Source: a virus (Duplodnaviria > Caudoviricetes). Taken from it: a DNA stretch of 47,373 nucleotides. The stretch is taken from positions 1 through 47,373 of the IMG/VR virus record IMGVR_UViG_3300025751_000034; one strand, given 5' to 3'. Numbering within the stretch: position 1 is the stretch's first letter; every line of letters begins with the position of its first letter. The notes under the pieces are model-generated. The model did no database searches. It was not told the origin of the DNA and was given only the letters and a program-made list of their open reading frames with translations. Made by a program: the position numbers and the translations under genes. This document shows, one piece after another, positions 7,471 to 16,119 of the stretch.

Positions 7471-7641
7471 TACCACCACATGGGATAGTAAAACTTTACC
7501 TTGTCGGGTGAGGTGGGGTATCCAGCCATATCAATCGCGTGTTACTTCGTGATTGACATTGGTCAAGTCGGGGCCTAGTGGTGGTGTCAATCATATAACC
7601 CCGTTATGGATATCAAAGACTGACAGCTCGGAAAGACGGGC
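7471..7641 (+). ncRNA. Putative structured ncRNA(s) between the tRNA and the tRNA-like element
   Basis: TACCACCAC/GTGGTGGTG closing stem (7471-7586) with nested hairpins; GCTCG-GAAAGA-CGGGC hairpin at 7626-7641. Confidence 0.45.
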
Positions 7642-7646
7642 GCTAC

Positions 7647-7730
7647 GGTCATCGCGTGAGACAATTTGGTATGGCAACACGCAGGAACGAGGTTACGCAG
7701 CTCGTCTCGGTTCGATTCCGAGGATGACCG
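7647..7730 (+). ncRNA. Non-canonical tRNA-like RNA
   Basis: Perfect 7-bp acceptor GGTCATC/GATGACC and T-arm CTCGG-TTCGATT-CCGAG, but atypical internal arms. Confidence 0.6.
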
Positions 7731-7763
7731 CAATTCATTAATCAATAAAAGCATCAGTAATCA

Positions 7764-8126
7764 ATGAAAGTAAAAGTATCAACTCGGGTAGTGTTTCTTA
7801 TTGGAAGGTACGCCGTGAAAATCCCCATTGATAGGAGGGGGTGGCTACAAGGATTGAATGAGCGAAAGCTTTGGAGGAAGTACGGATATCAAAGCAACCT
7901 CATCCCTGTCAAGTGGGGCTGTGGAGGTGTCGTCATTCAACAACGTGCTAAACCTATGGATAGGTTTAAAGGGAAGTATGTATTGGCAGTAAAGAAACGA
8001 ATCCCAGAACTTGATATAAATGGTTGCGACCTGTACAACCCTGCAAATTGGGGTATCTACAGAGGTAACATATACTTGCTTGATTATGGAATCACTGAGC
8101 GAGTATCAAGAATGTACACTAAATAA
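7764..8126 (+). CDS. Minimal protein-kinase-like-fold protein
   Basis: YAVKIP, NE, DLYNPANWG, LLDYG in only 120 aa. Confidence 0.6.
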   Translation: MKVKVSTRVVFLIGRYAVKIPIDRRGWLQGLNERKLWRKYGYQSNLIPVKWGCGGVVIQQRAKPMDRFKGKYVLAVKKRIPELDINGCDLYNPANWGIYRGNIYLLDYGITERVSRMYTK

Positions 8127-8132
8127 AATCAA

Positions 8133-8726
8133 ATGTCACAACAGAACATCTTTCAAGAGACTCTTCAAGAGTATTGTTCGCGCATCGGCCACACGCCAGA
8201 ACGAAACAGACTAAGACACAACGTAGAAACGCGAGCTGCTTTTGCTAATGCAGTCAACCCATTCTTTCATCACGCTGACGTTGCAAACCTATTCGGGATG
8301 GAGCGTACAAGCGTGTATCACTACATCAGAAACCATGAGGTCTACTACCTATCAAGTCCGGACTATAGGAAGTGGTTTGTAATCGCGTCTGAAATTGTTC
8401 ATGAAAAAGTAGATAAGAAAGTACCTTTGCATGTAAGGCCAGAAGGCAAAAGAAAAATCAATACTCATGAGCAAATTGATACAATCAAAAGAACAATCGA
8501 AATCCTCGAAAGATTCCTCCAGCGATTCCAATACAAGGTTGCAGGACGTAAGGCCAAATCATTACAAGACAGCTGGGAAAGAGGTTTACCAGATGATGAA
8601 AGACATATGGGGAGTGGAGAAGTACATAGCATTTTGCGAGATGAACAGCTTCAAGTACAGGATGAGAGCGGGAAAAAAAGAGGGGCAGCCCTTAGAGACC
8701 GACATCCTGAAGGCGCAGTGGTATGA
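8133..8726 (+). CDS. Putative HTH DNA-binding protein (DnaA C-terminal-like)
   Basis: RLRHNVETRAAF...DVANLFGMERTSVYHY resembles DnaA domain IV; C-terminal ~85 aa overlap the next gene. Confidence 0.55.
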   Translation: MSQQNIFQETLQEYCSRIGHTPERNRLRHNVETRAAFANAVNPFFHHADVANLFGMERTSVYHYIRNHEVYYLSSPDYRKWFVIASEIVHEKVDKKVPLHVRPEGKRKINTHEQIDTIKRTIEILERFLQRFQYKVAGRKAKSLQDSWERGLPDDERHMGSGEVHSILRDEQLQVQDESGKKRGAALRDRHPEGAVV

Positions 8727-8868
8727 GCAACAGGTAGAGGAGCTGCGTAATGAAAGAGAAGAGAGTAACGATATACCCAACAATCTATCGCACACAGGAG
8801 GCGGTAGTGACATCGTTGGATACAGTACTAAGAAGAATACGAGAAGGAAACAGTCGGCCAAGGGTTGA
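8467..8868 (+). CDS. DUF3310 family (T7 gp1.7/SaV-like) protein
   Basis: VRPNHY...F..MN.FKY..RAGKK....DILKAQWY. Confidence 0.8.
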   Translation: MSKLIQSKEQSKSSKDSSSDSNTRLQDVRPNHYKTAGKEVYQMMKDIWGVEKYIAFCEMNSFKYRMRAGKKEGQPLETDILKAQWYEQQVEELRNEREESNDIPNNLSHTGGGSDIVGYSTKKNTRRKQSAKG

Positions 8869-10555
8869 GCTCGTAAGAAACGGAGACAAGTCTGAGAAGC
8901 AAGAGCTACCTGCTGTCTGCTTCAGCGGAGTGTTCCCCAAGGGGAAGCGAAGCGATGATACACTTCAATATCATTCCGGATTAATCATACTGGACTTTGA
9001 CCATTGCGACGTGACGAGAGTCAAGTCCGCACTGGCGGGTGACAAGTATATCATGGCGTGTTGGGAGTCCCCAAGTGGCGATGGTGTCAAGGCGCTAGTC
9101 GAGATAACAAATACGGAGAGGCACCGAGACCACTACCGTTCCTTGGTCAAGTACTTTGACGAGCAATACGCTCTTGAATTAGATATCACTGGTCAGAACG
9201 AGTCGAGAGCCTGCTTTGAATCGTATGACCCTGACATCGTAATCAAATCAGAGTACGATAAGTATGGTGGTATGCTGTCCGAGCGTTCTCAGAACCAAGA
9301 GGTTTTAGAGCGTGGTGGATGGACTGACTTTCAAAAGGTGAACGTTGCTTCACTCATGATAGCCAAGGCTACGGACGGTGAGAAGCATAACGTCCTTGTC
9401 AAGGCTTCCACTCTGATGGGAGGATATATAGCCAGTGGCATAGTTGAAGAGGAGGTAGCTCGATGGGTTCTTGAGCGAGAGATATCCAAGAAGGATAACA
9501 TTGAATCGCTAGAGGGTGCACGTAAGACCATTGATGATGGTATCAAGGCGGGAAAGATGATGCCAATTGGTGAGGTGGTCAACACTGAAGAGAAGGCTAA
9601 GCGAGATATGCGATTGAACGATGGCGACATGTCATTCGTTAGTAGTGATAACGTTGACTATGATTGGATTGAGGACTACGTTGATGGTAACATTCCGATT
9701 GGGTTAACTACCGGCAACAGTAGGGTGGACGAGAACTTCATGTTCAAGAAAGAGTTCGTCATGATTAATGGTCACAGCAACATCGGTAAGACTACGTTTG
9801 CTTTATGGATGATGGTAGCTAGCGCAATGAATCATGACTGGAGATGGGTTATCTACAGCTCGGAGAACAGGACAGCCGCCATCAAAATGAAACTCATGGT
9901 GTTTGCTTTGAACAAAAAGTTAACGAGCACGACCGTGCAAGAGAGAAAGGCAGCAAGGAAGTGGGTAGAGGAGCACTTCATAGTCATTGACAACAGCAAG
10001 ACATACAGCTACTCAGACATCATCATTTTCTGCGAGAAGATTCACAGACAGCAACCTATTGACGGGTTATTTGTAGACCCATACAACAGCTTAAAGATTG
10101 AGATGAGTGCCGGTCGTGGAATCGGACCCCATGAGTACCATTACGAAGCCGCTTCAGAATTCCTTACCCTTAGTAACAACATGGAGATTGCTGTCTGGGT
10201 AAATGCTCACAGCATTACGGAGAGTCAACGTAGAAAGGGTGATGATGGACTGCAGGTTGCACCTTATGCTGAGGATACAGAGCACGGAGGTAAGTGGGTG
10301 AACAGAGCGGATTGCTTCATCACTTTGCACCGAAAGATTCAGCACCCCGATGTACTACAGAGAAGGTGTATTGAGATGCACGTTCGAAAGGTGAGGGAGG
10401 TGGATACTGGAGGTAAGCCAACCCCATTTCTTGAGCCACTGATGTTTGAATTCAATAGTACGCAATCGGGATTTGCTTTATTCGGTCCGGAGCCTACACT
10501 TTTTCCAACACTTGGGGATAAGTTGAGAGGCCAACAAAGGCAACTTCATTCGTAA
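8750..10555 (+). CDS. Primase-helicase (BT4734/VirE-N-like domain + DnaB-type SF4 helicase)
   Basis: K..LPAVCFSG, HSGLIILDFD, SPSGDGVK; Walker A GHSNIGKT, VDPYN. Confidence 0.85.
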   Translation: MKEKRVTIYPTIYRTQEAVVTSLDTVLRRIREGNSRPRVELVRNGDKSEKQELPAVCFSGVFPKGKRSDDTLQYHSGLIILDFDHCDVTRVKSALAGDKYIMACWESPSGDGVKALVEITNTERHRDHYRSLVKYFDEQYALELDITGQNESRACFESYDPDIVIKSEYDKYGGMLSERSQNQEVLERGGWTDFQKVNVASLMIAKATDGEKHNVLVKASTLMGGYIASGIVEEEVARWVLEREISKKDNIESLEGARKTIDDGIKAGKMMPIGEVVNTEEKAKRDMRLNDGDMSFVSSDNVDYDWIEDYVDGNIPIGLTTGNSRVDENFMFKKEFVMINGHSNIGKTTFALWMMVASAMNHDWRWVIYSSENRTAAIKMKLMVFALNKKLTSTTVQERKAARKWVEEHFIVIDNSKTYSYSDIIIFCEKIHRQQPIDGLFVDPYNSLKIEMSAGRGIGPHEYHYEAASEFLTLSNNMEIAVWVNAHSITESQRRKGDDGLQVAPYAEDTEHGGKWVNRADCFITLHRKIQHPDVLQRRCIEMHVRKVREVDTGGKPTPFLEPLMFEFNSTQSGFALFGPEPTLFPTLGDKLRGQQRQLHS

Positions 10556-10563
10556 ATTGTAGT

Positions 10564-11037
10564 ATGAAGAATAGGAGTAGAAAAAACTTAACCAAGCCGC
10601 AAAGAGGGAGGAAGCGACGCGACCTCTCTCGCGGTTCGGTTAAGCTGAAGTCTACCCTTGAGACTTATTGCTACGACAAGCTAAAGGAGGCGAAGCTTCA
10701 GTTCGGTTACGAGTCCGAGACATTCAGTCTTGTGGACTCGTTTCGTTATCCGGGTGTATATCACAAGTCAACTAGGGGTAAGGATGTTCTTGTTGATGCT
10801 ACTAACAAAGTTGTGTTAGCAATTAGGTACACCCCTGACTTCATTAGTCATGAGCATAGGTTTATTATTGAGACAAAGGGATATGTCCCATCTCAACACA
10901 CGTTTCCAATTAGATGGAAGCTATTCCTAAAGTACCTAGAGAGCAATGACATGGATGACTACATGCTATTCATCCCAAAAAACAAGAAGCAAGTTGACCA
11001 AACCGTTGAAATTATTAAACGCCACCTGAATGACTGA
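10564..11037 (+). CDS. T7 endonuclease I-like Holliday junction resolvase
   Basis: KSTLE, YESE, YTPDF, IIETKG. Confidence 0.75.
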   Translation: MKNRSRKNLTKPQRGRKRRDLSRGSVKLKSTLETYCYDKLKEAKLQFGYESETFSLVDSFRYPGVYHKSTRGKDVLVDATNKVVLAIRYTPDFISHEHRFIIETKGYVPSQHTFPIRWKLFLKYLESNDMDDYMLFIPKNKKQVDQTVEIIKRHLND

Positions 11038-11251
11038 AGAAAAACTTAGTCAATTGTACTCCTTTGCCACTGAGGAGATTCATAGATTGACAACGGAGCT
11101 TTACGAAAGCATCCATACAGATGATGGTAATCCACAGAAAGACTGGGACACCACTGTTGACGAAGTCAGAAAATACAAAAAGCTTTTAATCATTGAGCTT
11201 GAAGGTATTAAGACTGCACTGAAAGAGTTCAATGAGCACTGTAGAGAATGA
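11030..11251 (+). CDS. Hypothetical helical protein
   Basis: 73 aa, overlaps both neighbours. Confidence 0.65.
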   Translation: MTEEKLSQLYSFATEEIHRLTTELYESIHTDDGNPQKDWDTTVDEVRKYKKLLIIELEGIKTALKEFNEHCRE

Positions 11252-11819
11252 CAAAGCGATAGGCGATGCCATCGAAAAGGCTTGGGGTCAGTTCGTGCTC
11301 AACACCTACCCTGTCTCTGAGGTAACCTTCAGTTCCGGAAATGTTCCCGGCTGGGATTTAAAGTTAACGTCTGAAGAGGGGCGGGCTAAGTTCCATGAAG
11401 TAAAGTTCGACCAGTCTTCTGCTGCCCCATGGCTGAACTACAAAGGTGAGCAGCGCAGACCAACAGGTAATCTGTTCATTGAGTACAAGAACCCTAAGAT
11501 GGGCAGGCCTAGCGGCATAATGGTGACACGTTCTGACTGGTGGATTTACATAGTCAAGCAAGCCTACGAGTTGGTCACATTACAGGACGTGAACAAGTAC
11601 AAAGCAAAGGCTTACATCATTCATGCCCAGCAGCTCAAAGATTTTTTGAATGGTGAGCACAATTTAAGGTCGGTTCCTACCGTTAGGGATACAGTTAACG
11701 GAAGGGTGAATGCAGAGGGCTGGCTTTTACCCATCCACACACTGAAGTCTTCTGGAATTCTGTTCTATGAAGAGGACTTTACTTCGTATATTAGAGCCCT
11801 TTTTTCTTCCACCCTTTAA
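11232..11819 (+). CDS. PD-(D/E)XK-like nuclease-fold protein
   Basis: WDL, EVKFD, TGNLFIEY, G.PSGI..T.SDWW. Confidence 0.65.
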   Translation: MSTVENDKAIGDAIEKAWGQFVLNTYPVSEVTFSSGNVPGWDLKLTSEEGRAKFHEVKFDQSSAAPWLNYKGEQRRPTGNLFIEYKNPKMGRPSGIMVTRSDWWIYIVKQAYELVTLQDVNKYKAKAYIIHAQQLKDFLNGEHNLRSVPTVRDTVNGRVNAEGWLLPIHTLKSSGILFYEEDFTSYIRALFSSTL

Positions 11820-11829
11820 ACCATTTTAC

Positions 11830-13734
11830 ATGGATAATCAGCAGTTGGTGGACTCCATTCCGTGGGGTCCAGTAGGATACGTCACCTATAAAAGAACGTA
11901 CTCACGTCAGTTAAACAGTAAGCGCAGCGAGGAATGGCCTGACACGGTAGAGCGTGTGGTCAACGCATGCAGCAAGCAGTTAAAGGTAGGCTTTACTCCT
12001 GAAGAGGAGCAGGAACTCAGAGATATTATGATGAATCTCAAGGGTACTGTAGCCGGTAGATTCCTTTGGCAGCTAGGGACAAAGACAGTTGACCGTCTTG
12101 GCCTACCATCCCTACAGAACTGCGCCTTTGTTGTTGTTGATTCCCCAATCCGTCCGTTCACATGGGCATTCGAAATGCTTATGCTTGGGAGTGGCGTTGG
12201 ATTCAATATCCAAAGAGAGAATGTTTATCAACTCCCGAAGGTTAAAAAGAAAAAGATTAAATTAGTTAGGAACGATGAAAACGATGCAGACTTTATCGTA
12301 CCTGACTCAAGAGAAGGATGGGTTGAATTGCTTAAGCGAACACTCGAAGCCAGCTTTGAAACTGGTGAGGGATTTAGCTTCGCTACTCACCTCGTCAGAC
12401 CAGCTGGAGCTCCTATCAAAGGTTTTGGCGGAACGGCAAGCGGGGCGGAAGACCTAGTCAAAGGAATCATGAGCATCAATGAGGTGCTCAACGGAAGAGC
12501 AGGTCAGAGATTAAGACCCGTTGATTGTCTTGACATCATGAACATCATCGGAAGCATTGTTGTTGCCGGTAACGTAAGACGCTCAGCACAGATTGCATTA
12601 GGTGACCACGATGATATCGAGTACCTGCGTGCAAAGCGTTGGGACTTGGGCAGTATTCCCAACTGGAGAGCGATGTCAAACAACAGTGTAGTCTGTGATG
12701 ATGTCGGTATGTTACCAGATGAATTCTGGGAAGGATACAAAGGCAATGGCGAGCCTTACGGTCTGATTAATCTAGAGTCGTCTCGCAGGATGGGACGAAC
12801 AGGAGAAACCCAGTACCCCGACCCAGACGTGCAAGGATACAACCCTTGTGCTGAGCAATCACTTGCGAACTTTGAGACTTGCTGCTTGGCTGAAATCTAT
12901 CTGCCGAATATTGAATCAAAGGAAGAACTATTAAAGGTTGCAAAGTATCTTTATAGAATCAATAAGCATAGCTTGGCAATCAAGTGTGCGGTTAAAGAAA
13001 CTGAGGACATCGTTCACAGAAACATGCGAATGGGAATCGGGGTGACTGGATATCTACAGGCTACCGAAGAACAAAGAAGCTGGCTCGGTGAGGTGTACTC
13101 AAAACTCAGAGAATTCGATGTCGAGTATTCAAGAACTAGAGGATTTCCAGAATCAATTAAGCTCACGACGGTCAAGCCCAGTGGCACGCTGTCTCTACTT
13201 GCTGGTGTTACACCGGGAGCTCACCCCGGATATTCAGAATACTTCATTAGACGAATTAGAATGGCTTCAGGTAGTGACCTTGTACAAGCTTGCAGGGACA
13301 GAGGCTATCGCATAGAGTATGTCAAGAATTTTGATGGCACTGAAGACCACGGGACAGTTGTTGTAGAGTTCCCTTGCAAATTCCCAGAGGGTACTATGTA
13401 CGCAAAGGACATGACTGCTATCGACCAGCTCAAAGTGATTAAGCGCCTTCAGCAAGAGTGGAGCGACAACAGCGTATCTGTTACTATCTACTACAGAAAA
13501 GAGGAGCTCGATGATATCAAGTCTTGGCTAGCGCTGGACTACTTCAACATGAAGTCAGTTAGTTTCCTGCTCCACAATGAGCATGGGTTTGCTCAGGCTC
13601 CGTTCGAGGAGATTACAAAAGAGTTATACGATGAGATGTCATCAAAGGTTACACCAATCACCAACCTAGGTGTGCTTGACATGGCCGACATTGACATTCA
13701 AGATTGTGACACCGGAGCATGCCCAGTACGATGA
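11830..13734 (+). CDS. nrdJ: Class II (adenosylcobalamin-dependent) ribonucleotide reductase
   Basis: TYKRTYSR, LQNC, GNVRRSA, NPCAEQ, TTVKPSGT, C-terminal CDTGACP; no nrdB nearby; start set to ATG11830. Confidence 0.9.
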   Translation: MDNQQLVDSIPWGPVGYVTYKRTYSRQLNSKRSEEWPDTVERVVNACSKQLKVGFTPEEEQELRDIMMNLKGTVAGRFLWQLGTKTVDRLGLPSLQNCAFVVVDSPIRPFTWAFEMLMLGSGVGFNIQRENVYQLPKVKKKKIKLVRNDENDADFIVPDSREGWVELLKRTLEASFETGEGFSFATHLVRPAGAPIKGFGGTASGAEDLVKGIMSINEVLNGRAGQRLRPVDCLDIMNIIGSIVVAGNVRRSAQIALGDHDDIEYLRAKRWDLGSIPNWRAMSNNSVVCDDVGMLPDEFWEGYKGNGEPYGLINLESSRRMGRTGETQYPDPDVQGYNPCAEQSLANFETCCLAEIYLPNIESKEELLKVAKYLYRINKHSLAIKCAVKETEDIVHRNMRMGIGVTGYLQATEEQRSWLGEVYSKLREFDVEYSRTRGFPESIKLTTVKPSGTLSLLAGVTPGAHPGYSEYFIRRIRMASGSDLVQACRDRGYRIEYVKNFDGTEDHGTVVVEFPCKFPEGTMYAKDMTAIDQLKVIKRLQQEWSDNSVSVTIYYRKEELDDIKSWLALDYFNMKSVSFLLHNEHGFAQAPFEEITKELYDEMSSKVTPITNLGVLDMADIDIQDCDTGACPVR

Positions 13735-14024
13735 ACAGGAAACCAAGCAAAGAGTTTGTTGCCAATATGAAAATGTTCCGACTGGAGCAGATTATGCAAG
13801 CCCTCGTGGACGAGGAGGCTCTGTTGGCAGACGGGTTTGAAGAAGCATTATTAGGCCACACCCAAGGCATGAATGTTGTAGCTGTTTATGACTACGACAT
13901 GTGTGTACATGTTCTAATGGAGAGGGATGGAATGACGTGCGAAGAGGCCATCGAGTTCATGGACTTCAATGTTACTGGGTCATACGTGGGAGAGAAGACA
14001 CCAATCTTTATCTCTCTGATATGA
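13731..14024 (+). CDS. Conserved phage protein (ADGFEEA.LG...EEA.EF..FN..G.YVG..TP family)
   Basis: Recognisable motif; ATGA overlap with nrdJ. Confidence 0.75.
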   Translation: MNRKPSKEFVANMKMFRLEQIMQALVDEEALLADGFEEALLGHTQGMNVVAVYDYDMCVHVLMERDGMTCEEAIEFMDFNVTGSYVGEKTPIFISLI

Positions 14025-14058
14025 AACGAATGTCTTGTTGCTGGGTGAGCCAGCTTTA

Positions 14059-15228
14059 TTATCTTGGTACTGTTACACCGGCTTGATGCAGGAGTTTCAT
14101 TACCTTACGGAGACCCTCGCCCCTCAAGGCGGGGGTTTCTTCTTCCCTGTAAAATGGGTCTAGCTCTGCACTGGCGCATACCGTCCCCCAGTACTGAAGC
14201 ACTTGCTGGAAGTCTGTCACTGTGAAATACCCATCTCCATTCACATCTCCTTGCTCCCAGTCCAACTCTCCCCAATGCTCCATCATGAGCAACAAGTCAT
14301 TCGTACCCACAACAAAGTCACCACTTACGTCTCCGTAACACACGGGGTCTTCAGTTGGGTCGGTTAGGCCGGGCCGAAATACAGGCAGCACAGCGTGGGC
14401 ACGCTGTATCTGACCGGGAGTAAAGTTTGTTCTACATGAATCCACATAATAGTCCATGTGATTGTTGGGTGTGTAGTCGTATAGTCCCGGTGGGCATATC
14501 GGATTCTCGCAACTCCAGTTCACCTTCGTTGGAGGGGTGTCGCATACGCCGTCGCCAGTTTCTTCACATGGTCCAAGGTCTTGGCCGCAATATTCCACGT
14601 CATTAAACACATGGTGCAGCCCAACGTAATGACCTACCTCGTGTATGAATGTCTTGTTCTCCATCCGTGTAGGCAGGGTAAGCTGTTCTCCAAACCTCCC
14701 GAACACATTTGTTCTGACCCAAACCCCCTCCATGTCTGTTGCCGCCGTGTAAGACAGCCATGCAAATCCAAGTATTCCAGAGCAGAACTGCGGGAAGATG
14801 TGTACGTTCATGTATTGAGTTCTATCCCAAACGATAGGAGATATGTACTCGTTCATTTGATACCAGCCAAATCCACTGTAGGGGACACAAGTGTAGTAAG
14901 GTTGTAGTAGTTGCGGGGCTGTCTCCCACTCATCAAAGTCGTGGTACTCAATTGCCGCGAGTGAGAAGTTTATCATCACCTCCTCAAACTCTTCAATGAG
15001 GTGGTCATGCGCATCATAGATTACGTCCTCTGAAACATAGCTATCGGGGAAGCTGTCCGTGTGGTGTACGTGAACTACGTAGTTTATAGTCTTCCAGAAT
15101 ACTGGGTTGTCATCAAACAATCCCATCGCTAAAACTACTGGTTGCTCATTACCGAAAACAGCACACGAGTCTTGAGCCGACACATTAAATGTGATGGTTG
15201 CAATAACCAAGGCAATCAGCTGCCTCAT
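14059..15228 (-). CDS. Secreted M43 (pappalysin/ulilysin-like) zinc metalloprotease with dockerin-like tail
   Basis: Signal peptide ending VSA-Q; HEVGHYVGLHH; DGVCDTPP; Met-turn NHMDY; FTPGQ; two GDVxGD Ca-binding loops. Confidence 0.85.
   Translation of the reverse strand: MRQLIALVIATITFNVSAQDSCAVFGNEQPVVLAMGLFDDNPVFWKTINYVVHVHHTDSFPDSYVSEDVIYDAHDHLIEEFEEVMINFSLAAIEYHDFDEWETAPQLLQPYYTCVPYSGFGWYQMNEYISPIVWDRTQYMNVHIFPQFCSGILGFAWLSYTAATDMEGVWVRTNVFGRFGEQLTLPTRMENKTFIHEVGHYVGLHHVFNDVEYCGQDLGPCEETGDGVCDTPPTKVNWSCENPICPPGLYDYTPNNHMDYYVDSCRTNFTPGQIQRAHAVLPVFRPGLTDPTEDPVCYGDVSGDFVVGTNDLLLMMEHWGELDWEQGDVNGDGYFTVTDFQQVLQYWGTVCASAELDPFYREEETPALRGEGLRKVMKLLHQAGVTVPR
14109..14144 (+). terminator. Hairpin at the convergence of the two transcription arms
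   Basis: GGAGACCCTCGCC-CCTCAA-GGCGGGGGTTTCT followed by TCTT. Confidence 0.5.
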
Positions 15229-15659
15229 TTCTTTGATTTTTCAATGGTGCGACCAGCGAAGTACGCTCCGAATGAGGTAAGCATAAGCACCTGAAGCAAA
15301 TCAATATAGCTGTCCTTCACGTTAAACGGCCACTCATCTAGACTATCGAACACCATGGTCAGGCAGAACATAACCATAAGTGTGATTAATGTCACAGGCC
15401 TGATGAGCTTGGCAAGCTTGACATCACTATTCATGTCTGCCTTCCATCGCTCAGTAACGTTGTTCTGGTAGGCAATCTCTGCATCTACCCTAGCCTTAGC
15501 TTCTTCCGGTGAGATACCGGGCTCCTTGTCTAGTAAATTCTTTACAATGCCTAGCGCTCCCTTATCTGGCAACAAATCGCCAACCGTATCCAAGACTCCG
15601 GGGGCTTTTTCTTTTAGCCATTGGCCAAGACCAGTGTCCTTAATCTTCTTCTGTTCCAT
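15225..15659 (-). CDS. Holin-like membrane protein
   Basis: RW.ADM.SD..L.K.IRP, two TM helices, GAYF.GRT.EK; adjacent to the lysin. Confidence 0.7.
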   Translation of the reverse strand: MEQKKIKDTGLGQWLKEKAPGVLDTVGDLLPDKGALGIVKNLLDKEPGISPEEAKARVDAEIAYQNNVTERWKADMNSDVKLAKLIRPVTLITLMVMFCLTMVFDSLDEWPFNVKDSYIDLLQVLMLTSFGAYFAGRTIEKSKK

Positions 15660-16119
15660 CGTAATCTATGTATGTAATTGTAACCTCGTCACCACAGTCG
15701 AGCGCTTCTGAAATTGTTTTATATATCCTTTTGTATGCATTGACTGAGCTACCAACGAACCCATCTGATTGAATGTTTTCCGTTTGTGTGTCTCCTACAA
15801 GTAGGCATCCACTTGTGTCATCATCATCGTTGCCTGCATGGATTAAGATGTATTCAAAGTTGGGCACGTTTCTAACCCATAGCATTCCCTTATGCGTGTC
15901 TGGAAATCTTTTCGAGTACTTAGAATGAAACCCACCTACAGTGCGAAATGTAATGTCGTATGTGCCAGCTGGTATTCTGGTTTCATGCATTACCTTTTTC
16001 TCTCTGTACTCATCCTCTAAGGTGTAGCACATAAACTTGCGGTCACCATCCGTGATATCAAAAAGCAGTCCGAGCGTGCTGTCCTTCTGACTGCTAAATC
16101 TAAGTACTTCTAATCTCAT
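15640..16119 (-). CDS. DUF5675-family putative endolysin
   Basis: TLG.L, CYTLED, TRIPAGTY, VPNFEYILIHAGN...DTSGCLLVG. Confidence 0.8.
   Translation of the reverse strand: MRLEVLRFSSQKDSTLGLLFDITDGDRKFMCYTLEDEYREKKVMHETRIPAGTYDITFRTVGGFHSKYSKRFPDTHKGMLWVRNVPNFEYILIHAGNDDDDTSGCLLVGDTQTENIQSDGFVGSSVNAYKRIYKTISEALDCGDEVTITYIDYDGTEED

Noticed and set aside
7619-7641. Hammerhead ribozyme (CTGA...GAAA)
   Set aside because: The CUGANGA core is not matched and the required three-stem arrangement was not found.
7553-7741. 62-aa ORF over the RNA cluster
   Set aside because: It has a TTG start and no motif, and it overlaps well-formed RNA stems.
14021-14086. 21-aa ORF MKRMSCCWVSQLYYLGTVTPA
   Set aside because: It has an ATGA overlap with the upstream gene, but it is too short to support and overlaps the opposing protease gene end.
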